Shown here: piece after piece, positions 62,285 through 64,000 of the stretch
Layout: each line of letters begins with the position of its first letter
Position numbering within the stretch: position 1 is the first letter of the stretch
NCBI RefSeq assembly: GCF_018350175.1
Contig: NC_058368.1
Coordinates: forward strand, 46,626,001-46,690,000
Source of the DNA: Felis catus
Taxonomy: Eukaryota
Direction: 5' to 3'
DNA: 64,000 nucleotides
The notes under the pieces: generated by a model
Database searches by the model: none
What the model saw: only the letters and a program-made list of their open reading frames with translations
What the model was told of the DNA's origin: nothing
Made by a program: the position numbers and the translations under genes

Positions 62285-62410
62285 ATCCACTTATTCAACA
62301 AATATTTGTTCAGTTCTTACTGTGCATCAGACACTAATGACATTGGGGATGCATCAAAATATGATACAGAAGAAGCTTTCTGTCCTCTGGATCCTACATT
62401 GTAGCTACAG
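62285..62410 (-). mobile_element. L2 3' fragment
   Basis: ATTCAACAAATATTTG...TTACTGTGCATCAGACACT...TGGGGATGCA is a typical L2 3' end. Confidence 0.6.
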
Positions 62411-63487
62411 ATATAGGAACATAGCTTTTGTGAAAAACAAGTTAGAAATACACAGATTGAGAAGAAATCAAGGCATCAAACTACTTACTGTCATGAAATT
62501 AGTTCAGCTTTTGGAAAGAGAGAGTATATAAAGGGACAAGAAGGGCAAAGGCATCCTTGTGTGCATAGTTGGTCATAACTGTTGCTTTTTCTCATAACAT
62601 TTTTACAGATGTCTGAATAAAGGTAGTTACTCTAATAATAATTGTTAACAAGTAATAGATATATCTTAAGAATATATACAATTCAGTCTAAAAAAACTAA
62701 ACATTTGATTCCAAGGTACTGTAAGTATCATGATAATTAATTATTAAGTTTTCTAAATAAAACAACTAAATTAAACTAATTTAAAATAAAATTTAGCATC
62801 TCATTTTCAAAAGCACAGTTTAAGTTTAAAATATACCTCAATTAAACTCTTAAAGCACTCGGTTGCTATGTAAAGCAGCTTTGTTATTTGAAAGTTTTTG
62901 AGCTAACTCTTTATGATTGAAATGGTATATTTATTTGTAAGTGATATTACCAGAATTTTTGAGCAAATGATTTTCTGGGTAAAAGTGAATAAAATTACCT
63001 GCAAAATAACAATTCATTTCTTGTAGCTAGAATTTGATACTTTCTTTGAGACTGCTAATTTAAAAATACTGAAAAAATATGTCCTTGTTAATAAAGAGAA
63101 CAAAGCAAAAGTTTCAAAATGGTCATCTATTGAATTATAACAGAACATTGAAAATCCAAATCAATGTCTGTGAGATGTTCTTTGAATAATTCAAAACAGT
63201 ATACGTTATCTATGACATTAGACTAAATTATTATAATTTCCCATTATGTAGTCAGTGTAGTCCTGGCTTTGTTCTCCATGGGACAAGTTAATTAACACTG
63301 GACTAATTATTTAATGTCTTTATATGTCAACTATCTCATCTGTAAAGTAGGGATAATGGTAAAATTGTCTGGATTATTATATGAGATAATCCGTGGAAAG
63401 CACAGCCTGACATATCCCTACATGTATCCTGATTTTTAAATTGCATATGGGATCGTATAATATACCTTATCCTCAACCTTTTCTTCC

Positions 63488-63707
63488 TTTTTTTAAAGTT
63501 CATTCATTTATTTTGAGAGAGGCAGAGAGTGTGAGTGCAAGTGCAAGCACGGGAGGGACAGAGAGACAGGCAGAGAGAGAATTCTAAGCAGACTTCACAC
63601 TGGTAGCTCAGAGCCTGACATGGGGCTCAGTCCCTCAGATTGTGAGATAATGAGTGTGCCGAAACCAAGAATCAGACACTTAACCAACTGAGCTACCCAA
63701 GTGCCCC
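63488..63707 (-). mobile_element. Carnivore SINE (older)
   Basis: Reverse SINE ending CTTAACCAACTGAGCTACCCAAGTGCCCC. Confidence 0.85.
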
Positions 63708-63885
63708 TAAGCCTTTTCCATTAATAATGCATTGCATAGAGTAGAAGTCAATAACTATTTGTGGGATGAATAAATTGAATAAATGATTCTTGCACACATG
63801 ACTTTTGATACCAGTATTTTTTGATAGCATTAATGTATTTTTTCATCAGACAGACATACTATGATTCAATAACTTCTATTTCATG

Positions 63886-64000
63886 TTTTTTGTTTTTATT
63901 TAAAAAAATTTTTTTTCAACGTTTATTTATTTTTGGGACAGAGAGAGACAGAGCATGAACGGGGGAGGGGCAGAGAGAGAGGGAGACACAGAATCGGAAA
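63886..64000 (-). mobile_element. Young SINEC_Fc SINE, cut by window end
   Basis: TTTTTTCAACGTTTATTTATTTTTGGGACAGAGAGAGACAGAGCATGAACGGGGG is the reverse of the young subfamily seen at 45465. Confidence 0.9.

Overview
Mammalian genomic DNA, almost certainly felid: tRNA-derived carnivore SINEs of the SINEC_Fc type and cat-type L1s are present. The species cannot be determined from this window. It spans the 5' end of DACH1 (Dachshund homolog 1) on the minus strand. The first ~24.5 kb of intron 1 occupy 1-24508, and coding exon 1 (24509-25374) encodes poly-Ala/Gly/Ser tracts and the SKI/SNO/DAC box-N domain. The 5' leader and promoter lie in a CpG island (~22.8-26.3 kb), followed by ~38 kb of upstream gene desert. 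The desert holds a full-length but ORF-disrupted 7.07-kb L1 with a perfect 14-bp target-site duplication (TSD), older L1/MLT1/MER20/MIR/L2 relics and a probable MER121. Nested SINE clusters occur both there and in intron 1. No other protein-coding gene, RNA gene or CRISPR is supported. No new biological system can be proven from sequence alone. The best leads are: (i) an unusual DACH1 leader, with an AUG-UGA start-stop 2 nt before the main AUG, an in-frame 23-codon uORF whose single TAG is the only in-frame stop in the leader, and a latent donor/acceptor pair that could excise it; (ii) a strong CTCF + NRF1 + GC-box cassette and a Kozak-initiated antisense ORF inside the L1 5'UTR, 27 kb upstream; (iii) a recursive-splice-like AG|GT site near the start of intron 1; (iv) several motif-dense candidate enhancers. 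Repeat family names are recognised from memory of consensus sequences, not from a database search.
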